NCBI GenBank assembly: GCA_964596065.1
Contig: CAZQSM010000004.1
Span: 6,566 to 70,565, forward strand
Length of the DNA stretch: 64,000 nucleotides
Source: an uncultured Chlorobiaceae bacterium
Lineage (GTDB): Bacteria > Bacteroidota > Ignavibacteria > UBA10030 > SZUA-254
Direction of reading: 5' to 3'
Below are positions 26,754 through 35,512 of the stretch, one piece after another. The position numbers were made by a program, and so were the translations under genes. Under the pieces are notes generated by a model. That model did not search any database and was not told the DNA's origin. It saw only the letters and a list, made by a program, of their open reading frames with translations. The number at the start of each line of letters is the position of its first letter. The stretch's first letter is position 1.

Positions 26754-27508
26754 GAGAAGCTCCTCCCCGTGAGGACCGTGTAATGCTCCACCATCACGTC
26801 GCCGGTGCCGTGCGACCTCCCCGGATCGGCGGCGCCGCCGAGCAGCTTCTCCTGCGCGTGGCCGGAAAGCGTCTCCTTCTGGATGTCGATCAGCTTCTCG
26901 AACTTGCCGCTTTGCTCATAGGCGGCCGCCTGCTCCCTCGAATCCCAGATGGTGATGGAGAAGACCTCGTCGTTCCCCTGATCATTCTCCAGCAGGTAGA
27001 CGTGCCGGCATCCCGGCTCGGCGCGCAGGACCGGGATCGAATGCCGCACGTAGAGCTGCTTGAACTGTTCCATTTTCCCGGGCAGAATTTTAAGCGACAC
27101 GATCCGCAGCCACACCGCCTGCGAGAGATCGCGCCCTTTCTTCCCGGGACCGCTCTGCGCCGCGACCGGGTACGCGCGGGCGACCGGCCCGGTGCTCACC
27201 GGGACATATTCCACCTGCAGGTCTTCCGAGAGTTTGATCGTGTATTCCACCGGCTGGGAGAAGAAGATCTTCGATTCCTCGAGCAGCCGGCCGTAGAGCC
27301 CCGAGCGTTCGTAGGCGAGCGCGTGGCCGGGCGAATCCCAGAGCGTGAGCGAGATGCACCGTTCCGGCTTGGCGACGCTCTGCATCAGCCCGGCGTACCG
27401 GCACCCCTCCACCTGCTGCAGCGCCGTAATCACTTTTTCGTCGTACAGCTTCCGGAGGAGACCCGCGCCGTCGCGGTCGATCTCCACGTTCAGGAGTCTC
27501 ATGTACAT
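26750..27508 (-). CDS. tandem ABM (antibiotic-biosynthesis-monooxygenase/Dabb-like) domain protein
   Basis: Two ~110-aa repeats with parallel motifs (ISLTLWDSPGHALAYERSGLYGRL / FSITIWDSREQAAAYEQSGKFEKL). 4-nt overlap with the amidohydrolase. Confidence 0.55.
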   Translation of the reverse strand: MYMRLLNVEIDRDGAGLLRKLYDEKVITALQQVEGCRYAGLMQSVAKPERCISLTLWDSPGHALAYERSGLYGRLLEESKIFFSQPVEYTIKLSEDLQVEYVPVSTGPVARAYPVAAQSGPGKKGRDLSQAVWLRIVSLKILPGKMEQFKQLYVRHSIPVLRAEPGCRHVYLLENDQGNDEVFSITIWDSREQAAAYEQSGKFEKLIDIQKETLSGHAQEKLLGGAADPGRSHGTGDVMVEHYTVLTGRSFS

Positions 27509-27533
27509 GGCGGACCTTCCCGTTCTGTCCGGT

Positions 27534-29375
27534 TCATCGCCGCGGTTCGGCGTAAAATTTCCACGCAGGGCGGTGGCCGGCGGCCGGGCCCTCGCCGGTG
27601 AGGACCGCCCTCACCATCTCGATCGGCATGCTGTTGTTCCTGAGGATGGTGTCGTGGAAGTCGCGGTTCGTCATTCTCCCCGATTCGACCAACTCCCGGT
27701 GGAGCGAACGGATCTGGAGCCCCCCCAGGAGGTAGGCGCACTGGTAGAGCGGGCCGTAGTCTCCGCGGAACGACCGCCGCACCTCCGCCGTCGCGTTGTC
27801 ACGTTCGTGCCCCACCCGGTCGACGAGGAATTCGACGCACTCCGCGGGCGTCATTGTTTCAAGATGGAAGCTGAGGGAGAAGATGATCCTCGCGCACCGG
27901 TGCATCCTCCAGAAGAGCATCCCGACCCTGTCCTCCGGCGACCGGGGGAAGTCGAGGTCCCAGAGGAGCAGTTCCCAGTAGAGCGCCCACCCCTCGGTCC
28001 AGAACGGGGTGCTGAAGACCCAGCGGTACGGCCTGTAGCGCTGGGTCATGAATCCCTGGAGGTGGTGCCCCGGGATCAGCTCGTGGTGGACGGTGGCGCG
28101 GGCGAAGTGGACGTTGTTCCCCCTCATGCTCATCAGCTTCTGCTCGTGGCCCATCCCGCTCGTGGGGAACGATACCTGGATCACCTCGCCGCCGAGGAAG
28201 AACGGGGAGACGAGCTGCTGTTCGGGGCTCAGCATCTCCATCCTCCATGTCTCCTTCGCGAGCGGCGGAATGGTCAGCAGGTCGCGCGCCTCCAGGAACG
28301 AGACGGCCTCGGCGGCCAGCGTCCGGATCACCTCCGGCTGCCCCCCCGGCTCCGCGTGGAGCGTCTTGACCTTTTCGAGCGCCAGTTTCCACTCGTCGCC
28401 GTAACCCATCTCGCGGGAGGCCTTCCGCATCTGCTCCTCGCACCACGCCATCTCCTTGCGCGCGACGGCGATCAGCTCCTCCGGGGTGTACGGGATCATC
28501 TCGAACCGTAGCTCCTCCAGGAGGGCCTCGCGGCCGATCGGGTCCCCGATGATCGTGGTCTTGTCGTCCGGCGCCACGCCGACGAGCTTCTCGCGAAGAA
28601 ACGCGGCATAATCGCCGAGGAGCGAGTCGAACCGGGCATAGGGGGCCTTCACCCACCATGAGAAGAGCGGGTCGTAACCGTCGTGGTAGGCGAACCATCC
28701 GGAGAGCATCCTCCGGATGTCGCCCACGGCGCGGGCCGCCCGGTTGGCGACGGTGTTCCTGACCGCCGGCGCCCGGCCCGCGGTCGACGTCCCATACTTC
28801 GCCTTCGTCTCCAGGAGCGATTGCGTCAACCGCGCCAGGAGCGCGGCGCTCTCTTCAGGCCTGACCGGCAGAAGCGCGCGGCGCTCCTCCTCGAGCGACA
28901 CGAGAGCCGGGGCGAAGGGGATGAGGGGAAGCATCTCGGCGAACCGCTGCCCCGACAGCTCGAGTTCCTTCACCTCGTGTCCCAGCGTGTTCCTGAAGAG
29001 TGTCGCGTCGACTTGATCCTGGGTGCCGAGCGACGCGAACGGGAGAGCATCGAGAGCGGACTCCCACGAGTGGAAGAATTCCCTGAAGCGGGCGGCCCGG
29101 ACGGTGGAAAAGGGGGCGCTATGGAAACGGTCGAGGCTTCCGTAATCCTCCGCGTAACGCCTCACCATCCCGGCGACGACCCCCTCCGCCCCGCCGGTGT
29201 CGACGATTCCCGTCGCCACGACCGTCTTGCCTCCCGGAGAAGTCGCCACGCCGGCCTGGCGCCCCAGCGCGGTGCCGGCGCCGCCGGCGAGCGGGACGAG
29301 GATGATCATCGCCCCGATCAACGGCAGACGCCGGGCCCTGCCCGGGAACGATGGAATGTTCGGATGGTCGCTCAT
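27534..29375 (-). CDS. DUF885 family protein (putative metallopeptidase), secreted
   Basis: ATG at 29375 gives MSDHPNIPSFPGRARRLPLIGAMIILVPLAGGAG, a signal peptide. HExxH-like HELIPGHHLQ. 614 aa. Confidence 0.65.
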   Translation of the reverse strand: MSDHPNIPSFPGRARRLPLIGAMIILVPLAGGAGTALGRQAGVATSPGGKTVVATGIVDTGGAEGVVAGMVRRYAEDYGSLDRFHSAPFSTVRAARFREFFHSWESALDALPFASLGTQDQVDATLFRNTLGHEVKELELSGQRFAEMLPLIPFAPALVSLEEERRALLPVRPEESAALLARLTQSLLETKAKYGTSTAGRAPAVRNTVANRAARAVGDIRRMLSGWFAYHDGYDPLFSWWVKAPYARFDSLLGDYAAFLREKLVGVAPDDKTTIIGDPIGREALLEELRFEMIPYTPEELIAVARKEMAWCEEQMRKASREMGYGDEWKLALEKVKTLHAEPGGQPEVIRTLAAEAVSFLEARDLLTIPPLAKETWRMEMLSPEQQLVSPFFLGGEVIQVSFPTSGMGHEQKLMSMRGNNVHFARATVHHELIPGHHLQGFMTQRYRPYRWVFSTPFWTEGWALYWELLLWDLDFPRSPEDRVGMLFWRMHRCARIIFSLSFHLETMTPAECVEFLVDRVGHERDNATAEVRRSFRGDYGPLYQCAYLLGGLQIRSLHRELVESGRMTNRDFHDTILRNNSMPIEMVRAVLTGEGPAAGHRPAWKFYAEPRR

Positions 29376-29434
29376 GTCCTGGTGTCCGGTGCGGCCTGGT
29401 TCAAAGGGTGGGACGGGCGGGGAGACGGCTGGGG

Positions 29435-29782
29435 TCAGTTCAGCGCTTCCCTGCGGAACAGCGTGATCCGGACGGCTTCCGTCGTGATCAACCTGTTGCC
29501 GAATTCGATGCGGAGACCGATGGCCGCGAGCAGGTCCACCTTGATGACGCTTCCGCCCCAGGTACACCCGGCCACGGTGGTTTCCATCGGTGACTTTCCC
29601 CTGCGATCAAACCAGCCGCCCCAAACCCTGCACCCGCCTCCGTTCCCGAGGTGGATCGTGTAGAGGGAGTTCCTTGTCTTGACCAGCAGCCAGTCCCCTT
29701 CGCGGGCATCGTCCCGCCTGACCCGGGGGACGCGGTCCGAACTCCGGAGAATGGCATCGAGTGAAATCCCCGGTCGATTCAT
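29435..29782 (-). CDS. hypothetical protein
   Basis: Internal ATG gives MNRPGISLDAIL.., 116 aa. GC3-rich, no recognizable motif. Confidence 0.35.
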   Translation of the reverse strand: MNRPGISLDAILRSSDRVPRVRRDDAREGDWLLVKTRNSLYTIHLGNGGGCRVWGGWFDRRGKSPMETTVAGCTWGGSVIKVDLLAAIGLRIEFGNRLITTEAVRITLFRREALN

Positions 29783-29927
29783 GGCGCGCGGTTCGCGGTT
29801 ACCGTAAGAGCGTCTTTCACACCGATCATGATCCTGATCCCCGATACTGTGTGGAGCCGATGTTCGAATCAACAACCGCAAGGTATTAAGAATATCGAGC
29901 AGAATCAAATGAAAATCATTGAAAATC

Positions 29928-29956
29928 TTGCATATCATGGGTTTTTCCCGTATCTT
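29928..29956 (+). promoter_or_regulatory. candidate sigma70-like promoter for the tRNA
   Basis: ttgcat, 17-nt spacer, tatctt. It ends 15 nt before the tRNA 5' end. Local AT-rich island (29870-29960) in a high-GC genome. Confidence 0.3.
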
Positions 29957-29970
29957 TTCAGGCGGTTTTC

Positions 29971-30044
29971 GGCGGAGTAGCTCAGTTGGTTAGAGCAACG
30001 GAATCATAATCCGTGTGTCGGGGGTTCGACTCCCTCCTCCGCTA
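29971..30044 (+). tRNA. tRNA with CAU anticodon (elongator tRNA-Met or tRNA-Ile2/lysidine)
   Basis: Cloverleaf: acceptor GGCGGAG/CTCCGCT. D-arm AGCTCAGTTGGTTAGAGC. Anticodon stem ACGGA/TCCGT with loop ATCATAA. T-arm GGGGGTTCGACTCCCTC. No encoded CCA. Confidence 0.8.
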
Positions 30045-30105
30045 CAGAAGCACCACCTCCTTCAGACATCTGTTCTGGGGGTTTTTTTCACGCGGGCAGG
30101 CAGCC

Positions 30106-31488
30106 GTGAAACCATCCGGACTGGAACACTCCTTCGTTGAATTCGTCCGCCGCCACGGCCTCATCCTCCCGGCCGACCGGGTGATCGCCGCGGTGAGCGG
30201 CGGGATCGATTCGGTGGTCCTGCTCCGGCTCCTGACAGCGCTCCGCTCGACCCTCCCGTTCGATCTCTCCATCGCCCACGTCAACCACCGCCTGCGGGGC
30301 TCCGAATCGGACGACGACGAGCTGTTCGTCCGCACGATGGCCCGGGAATCGGGGCTGGAATTCCATCTGCGCCGGAGCGGGGAAGGCGCCGGTCCGGCGG
30401 GCGCGGGCGGCGTCCAGGAACGGGCGCGCGAAGAACGGTACGCGTTTTTCGAGACCCTGCGCGCGGGCCCCGGGCGCGCGCGGGTCGCGACGGCCCACCA
30501 TCGCGACGACAACGCCGAAACGGTGCTCTTCAATTTTTTACGGGGCAGCGGGATCGCCGGCCTCGCGGGCATCCCTCCCGGGCGTGCCGACGGCCTGGTG
30601 ATCCGGCCGTTGCTCTTCGCCGCGAGGAGGGAGATCGAACGATACGCCCGCGAACGGGGGCTGCGTCACCGTGAAGACGCGAGCAACGCGGGGACCCGCT
30701 ACACCAGGAACGCGTTGAGGCACGACCTGATCCCGCTCATCGAATCGAGGATCAATCCGGGGATCCGGCAGACCCTCGCGCGCACGGCCCGCCTCTTCGC
30801 GGGGGTGGACGCGTACGTCGACCTGGAGGTCGACAAGGTCCTGCCGGGGCTACTGGCGCGATCGGCCGGCGACGATGTGAGGCTTCACGCGGAACGACTC
30901 GCCTCCCTTCCCCCATTCCTGAAGGAGTCGGTCCTCGTCCGGACGGCCAAAACGTTCTCGCCCGCCGGGATTGCCTCCTCCCACGTGCTGGCCCTCGTCG
31001 CGCTGCTCGACGCCGCCCCCGGTGCGGCCTGCCGGCTGTCGAAACAACTCCACGCCCGGAGGGAAGGCGGATTCCTCGTGCTGAGCGGAGGGGCGCCCCC
31101 CGGGGAACCGTTCGATTTTCCGGTGACGGTCGGCGAATCGTACGACTTCGAGGCGTTCGCCTTCTCTTCCGAGTCGGACGTCGACATGCGCCCGGACGCC
31201 GCGCCATTCGAGGAATACGTCGACGGCGACCGGCTCGGCCCCGGCCTCCGGCTCCGGAGCTGGTCGGACGGCGACTGGTTCATCCCCCTCGGGATGTCGG
31301 AGAGAAAAAAGCTGAGCGACTACTTCATCGACCGGAAGATCCCCGTCGCCGAGAAGCGTCGCATCCCGCTGCTGGTTTCCGGCGACGCCGTCGTCTGGAT
31401 CTGCGGCGAGCGTCTCGACGATCGGTTCCGGATCGCCCCCGGAACCCGCCGGATCGTCCGACTGCGATACGAGCCGGCGAGTGGATAG
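30106..31488 (+). CDS. tilS: tRNA(Ile)-lysidine synthetase
   Basis: PP-loop [11 protein letters not shown] plus HVNHRLRG. C-terminal TilS substrate-binding region. Start provisionally GTG 30106, because the ORF-track N-terminus overlaps the tRNA. Confidence 0.7.
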   Translation: MKPSGLEHSFVEFVRRHGLILPADRVIAAVSGGIDSVVLLRLLTALRSTLPFDLSIAHVNHRLRGSESDDDELFVRTMARESGLEFHLRRSGEGAGPAGAGGVQERAREERYAFFETLRAGPGRARVATAHHRDDNAETVLFNFLRGSGIAGLAGIPPGRADGLVIRPLLFAARREIERYARERGLRHREDASNAGTRYTRNALRHDLIPLIESRINPGIRQTLARTARLFAGVDAYVDLEVDKVLPGLLARSAGDDVRLHAERLASLPPFLKESVLVRTAKTFSPAGIASSHVLALVALLDAAPGAACRLSKQLHARREGGFLVLSGGAPPGEPFDFPVTVGESYDFEAFAFSSESDVDMRPDAAPFEEYVDGDRLGPGLRLRSWSDGDWFIPLGMSERKKLSDYFIDRKIPVAEKRRIPLLVSGDAVVWICGERLDDRFRIAPGTRRIVRLRYEPASG

Positions 31489-31521
31489 GCCGGACCCGGC
31501 GGATCCCGCCCGGCGCAGCCA

Positions 31522-31553
31522 TTCTCGCATTTTTTCCCAAATTTCGTTATAAT
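31522..31553 (+). promoter_or_regulatory. candidate promoter for ftsH
   Basis: Perfect TATAAT at 31548-31553 with a weak -35 (tcgcat) 17 nt upstream. AT-rich 144-nt spacer between tilS and ftsH. Confidence 0.3.
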
Positions 31554-31631
31554 ATCATTGATCCTGCCGATCGGCCGGAAGCGTCCAATCCCGCAGGGAA
31601 CATCAGGAATCGCATACCATCAGGAAACGGA

Positions 31632-33650
31632 ATGAGCGAAGAGAAGCAGGGGTCGAGGAACAGGAAGAACACACGGCCGAGGAAACCGCGGATGCCCAGG
31701 AACCAGTTCCGGAACGACGATGACTTCAACTGGGGAAAGGTCCTCAAGGTCGTCCTCAGCTGGTCGGCGATCATCTTCGGCGTGTTCGTCCTCGTCACCC
31801 TCTTCCGGACGCCGGAAGTCAACCAGGTGGAGATCGAGTATACCCGCTACCAGGAATTCCTCAAGGCCGATAAAATCACCGCGGCGACGATCAAAAAATC
31901 GGAACTGAACAACTACGAGTTTCATGGCACGCTCCGCGGGGCGGAATCGATCGAGGTCCCCGGCGGCAAGCGCGTGAACGTCGAACGGTTCTTCGTGCTG
32001 CTCCCCTTCATCGACAACTCCGTCGTCCAGGAATGGACCGACCGGGGAATCCGGTTCACCATCACCAGGGAGGACAACACCTGGATGAACGCGCTCCTCG
32101 GCGCGCTCCCCTGGGTCCTGCTCCTGGTCATCTGGCTGATCGTGATGCGGCGCATGCAGGGCGTCGGCACCAAGGGCATTTTCTCCTTCGGGAAGAGCCG
32201 CGCGAAAATGATGGCCGAGGGGACGACCAAGGTCACCTTCCAGGATGTCGCGGGAGCGGACGAGGCAAAATATGAGCTGCAGGAGATCATCGAATTCCTG
32301 AAGGAACCGTCGAAGTTCCAGCGGCTCGGCGGCAAGATCCCCCGCGGGGTCCTCCTCCTGGGCCCTCCCGGCACCGGGAAGACCCTCCTGGCGAGGGCCG
32401 TCGCCGGCGAGGCGGGCGTACCGTTTTTCTCCATCTCGGGCGCGGAATTCGTGGAGATGTTCGTCGGCGTCGGCGCGAGCCGGGTCCGCGACCTCTTCGA
32501 GACGGGAAAGAAAAGCGCGCCGGCCATCATCTTCATCGATGAAATCGACGCGGTCGGACGGCATCGCGGGGCCGGGCTCGGCGGGGGCCACGACGAACGC
32601 GAACAGACGCTCAACCAGCTCCTCGTCGAGATGGACGGGTTCGAACAGAACAGCGGCGTGATCATCATCGCGGCGACCAACCGCCCCGACGTCCTCGACC
32701 CGGCGCTGCTGCGCCCCGGCCGCTTCGACCGCCAGGTCGTCGTCGACCGCCCCGACGTGCGGGGCAGGGAGGGAATCCTCAAGGTGCACACGAAGAACAT
32801 CCCCCTCGAGGAGAGCGTCAAGCTCGACATCCTCGCGAAGGGGACCCCGGGTCTGGCCGGAGCGGACCTCGCGAACCTGGTGAACGAGGCGGCCCTCCTC
32901 GCCGCGCGGCAGAACTGCCGCGAAGTCGGGATGCGGCACTTCGAGGAGGCCAAGGACAAGGTGATGATGGGGATGGAACGAAAGAGCCTTATCATTTCCG
33001 ACAAGGAAAAGAAGGTGACCGCCTACCACGAATCGGGGCACGTGCTGGTCGCGAAAATGATCCCGGAAGCCGACCCGGTCCACAAGGTCACGATCATTCC
33101 CCGCGGGCGCGCCCTCGGCGTGACGACGTACCTCCCGATCGACGAGAAACACACCTACTCCAAGGAGTACCTCGAGGCGATGATCGCGTACGCCCTCGGC
33201 GGCCGCGCGGCGGAAAAGCTGATCTACAACCAGTTCACCACCGGCGCGGGGAACGACATCGAACGCGCCACGAAGCTGGCGCGGAAAATGGTCTGCGAGT
33301 GGGGCATGAGCGAGAGGATCGGTCCGATGGCGTACGGCGCGAAGGAGGAGGAACTCTTCCTCGGCCGTGAAATCACGAAGACGACGAATTATTCCGAAAA
33401 CACCGCGATCCTCATCGACGAGGAGGTCAAGAAAATCATGACCGATGGCATGGCCAGGGCGGAATCGCTCCTGCAGACCAACATCGACGCCCTCCACAAC
33501 CTCGCGGCCGCCCTCCTCGAACGGGAAATCCTCGACGGCGAGGAGATCGACGCGATCCTTCGCGGAGAGTCACTGCCGCCCGTCGTGGAACGGGGCAACG
33601 GCAGCAGCAAGGCCGCCGGGGGAGCGGCAAGGCCGGCCCCAGGTGCCTGA
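31632..33650 (+). CDS. ftsH: ATP-dependent zinc metalloprotease FtsH
   Basis: Two N-terminal TM segments. Walker A GPPGTGKT, Walker [17 protein letters not shown] zinc site. 672 aa. Confidence 0.9.
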   Translation: MSEEKQGSRNRKNTRPRKPRMPRNQFRNDDDFNWGKVLKVVLSWSAIIFGVFVLVTLFRTPEVNQVEIEYTRYQEFLKADKITAATIKKSELNNYEFHGTLRGAESIEVPGGKRVNVERFFVLLPFIDNSVVQEWTDRGIRFTITREDNTWMNALLGALPWVLLLVIWLIVMRRMQGVGTKGIFSFGKSRAKMMAEGTTKVTFQDVAGADEAKYELQEIIEFLKEPSKFQRLGGKIPRGVLLLGPPGTGKTLLARAVAGEAGVPFFSISGAEFVEMFVGVGASRVRDLFETGKKSAPAIIFIDEIDAVGRHRGAGLGGGHDEREQTLNQLLVEMDGFEQNSGVIIIAATNRPDVLDPALLRPGRFDRQVVVDRPDVRGREGILKVHTKNIPLEESVKLDILAKGTPGLAGADLANLVNEAALLAARQNCREVGMRHFEEAKDKVMMGMERKSLIISDKEKKVTAYHESGHVLVAKMIPEADPVHKVTIIPRGRALGVTTYLPIDEKHTYSKEYLEAMIAYALGGRAAEKLIYNQFTTGAGNDIERATKLARKMVCEWGMSERIGPMAYGAKEEELFLGREITKTTNYSENTAILIDEEVKKIMTDGMARAESLLQTNIDALHNLAAALLEREILDGEEIDAILRGESLPPVVERGNGSSKAAGGAARPAPGA

Positions 33651-33717
33651 CGCCTCACGGGGCGCGGCGCCCCGGCACGAGCCTCCCCCCCCCGCTGCCG
33701 TCGATTTCCGGAGCGAA

Positions 33718-34332
33718 CTGCTCCGGAAGGGGATCCACCTCTCCTCGATCGTGATCCCCATTTTTTATTTTTATACGCCGCGGCACACCGCCCTCGTGGT
33801 CGCCGCGGCGCTCACTGCCGTCGCGCTGGCCCTCGACGTCGGCCGCCACTATTACCCGCCACTCTTCCGCTTCTACGACCTCAAGTTCGGCGCGATGCTG
33901 AGGAGCCACGAGAGCGACAGCAGCGTCAAGAGGCTCAACGGCGGCACCTACGTGCTCATCGCCGCCACGCTTTCGATTTTCCTCTTTCCGAAGCTGATCG
34001 CGATCTCCGCGTTCCTGGTCCTGATCGTGTCCGACCTCTGCGCCGCGCTGGTGGGGCGGAAATTCGGCAGGCGGCGGTTCCTCGGCAAATCGGTGGAAGG
34101 GAGCCTCGCCTTCCTCGTCACGGCCCTCCTGATCGTCGCCGCGACCCCGAAGATCGCCTACCTCCCGGCCGAATACGCGGTGGGGGCCGCCGCGGCGCTC
34201 GCGGCCACCATCGTGGAAGCGTCTCCGACCGGGATTGACGACAACCTCTCGATCCCCCTCACGTTCGGGGGCGCGCTCTGGGCCGGCTACGCGTTGGCGC
34301 TCCCCCACCTCGATCTGTATAAATTCGGCTGA
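33718..34332 (+). CDS. CTP_transf_1-family small membrane protein (dolichol/phytol/polyprenol kinase-like)
   Basis: Multi-TM. LIVSDLCAALVGRKFGRRRFLGKSVEGSLAFL resembles the polyprenol/phytol kinase signature. No ATG start exists; CTG 33718 or GTG 33751 is possible. Confidence 0.45.
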   Translation: MLRKGIHLSSIVIPIFYFYTPRHTALVVAAALTAVALALDVGRHYYPPLFRFYDLKFGAMLRSHESDSSVKRLNGGTYVLIAATLSIFLFPKLIAISAFLVLIVSDLCAALVGRKFGRRRFLGKSVEGSLAFLVTALLIVAATPKIAYLPAEYAVGAAAALAATIVEASPTGIDDNLSIPLTFGGALWAGYALALPHLDLYKFG

Positions 34333-34337
34333 GCGGA

Positions 34338-34766
34338 ATGACGGAAGAGACGGGCATGGGACGACAACCGGGGTCGCGAAACCGCCAGATGCTGGTGGTG
34401 GGAGACCGCGTCCTGATCATTCCAGACACCGACCGGGACAGGTCCGAGCACGGGCTCTACCTCCCGCCCGGCGTGAAGGAGAAGGAAAAGGTTCAGAGCG
34501 GCTATATCGTCAAGGTCGGCCCGGGGTACCCGGTCCCGAACCCGAACTACCTCGACCAGGAATCGTGGTCCGCGGCGCCCCGCGAACCGGTGAAGTACCT
34601 TCCGCTGCAGGCCGAGGAGGGCGATTACGCCATTTTCCTCAGAGACCAGGCGATCGAGATCGAATACGACGGGACAAAATACCTGATCGTGTCGCAGGCG
34701 GGGGTGTTGATGCTGATCAGGGCGAGGCCGATGGCGGACCTCGGCGGGGAAGAGCGGGAAGGCTAA
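34338..34766 (+). CDS. GroES (Cpn10)-like co-chaperonin fold protein, orphan
   Basis: LVVGDRVLIIPDTD...GLYLP...GYIVKVGPG...GDYAIFLRDQAIEIEYDGTKYLIVSQAGVLMLI aligns with GroES blocks, with a ~25-aa insertion. No groEL nearby. Confidence 0.5.
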   Translation: MTEETGMGRQPGSRNRQMLVVGDRVLIIPDTDRDRSEHGLYLPPGVKEKEKVQSGYIVKVGPGYPVPNPNYLDQESWSAAPREPVKYLPLQAEEGDYAIFLRDQAIEIEYDGTKYLIVSQAGVLMLIRARPMADLGGEEREG

Positions 34767-35512
34767 CGGGCGCTGAAGCGTTCGAGGAACGCCACTTCCC
34801 CCGGCGAGAGACTCCCGGTCCCGCCGGTGTCGAGCTTCATCATGATCCTCCGGTACTCCTCCCTGTTGACCTCGTGCATCCCGTCGGTGGCGATCGCCCG
34901 CCACCGCTGCAGTGCCACGGGATCGACCACCGGACGCCCGGCTGCCGGCATCGTGACCCTGACCTCCCGCCCCGGCGCCGCCGACCGGATATAGAGATAC
35001 CCCCCCAGGAACCCTCCGAGATGGGCGAAATGCGCGATGCCGTCCCCGCCCCCGCCGGCGCCGCCGAACACCGAGAGGGCCGCCATTCCCGCGACCAGCC
35101 AGCGGGCCTCGACGGGCAGGATCCCCCAGATGTAGATCTGTGAGCGGGGCCAGAACCAGGTGAATCCGATCAGAACGCCGTACACCGCGGCCGACGCCCC
35201 GACGATCGCAGCGTCGAACGAAAAGAGGAACGAGAGCGCCGCGCCGGAGAGCCCGCTGACGAAGTAGAGCCAGAGGAAGCGCCGCTCACCCAGTTCCGCC
35301 TCGAGCCGAGGTCCGAAGAAATAGAGCCCCAGCATGTTGAACAGGATGTGCCCGAGTCCCGCGTGGAGGAACATGTAGGTGACTGCGGTCCAGGGCCGCA
35401 GAAGCGCGTAGGCGGGGACGAACATCAGCTCGCGGTCGATCCCGGGGACCATCGCCGTGACCAGGAACATCACCGCGTTCGCGGCGATGATCCGCATGAC
35501 CCAGGGCGTCAT
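34763..35512 (-). CDS. rhomboid family intramembrane serine protease (second copy)
   Basis: TM helices. GASAAVYG serine motif and FAHLGGFLGG His motif. 4-nt overlaps on both sides. Confidence 0.7.
   Translation of the reverse strand: MTPWVMRIIAANAVMFLVTAMVPGIDRELMFVPAYALLRPWTAVTYMFLHAGLGHILFNMLGLYFFGPRLEAELGERRFLWLYFVSGLSGAALSFLFSFDAAIVGASAAVYGVLIGFTWFWPRSQIYIWGILPVEARWLVAGMAALSVFGGAGGGGDGIAHFAHLGGFLGGYLYIRSAAPGREVRVTMPAAGRPVVDPVALQRWRAIATDGMHEVNREEYRRIMMKLDTGGTGSLSPGEVAFLERFSAR

Noticed and set aside
30013-30105. N-terminal 31 codons of the tilS ORF as given in the track
   Set aside because: They overlap the tRNA(CAU) gene on the same strand. tRNA genes are not normally translated, so the start was moved to an internal in-frame GTG.
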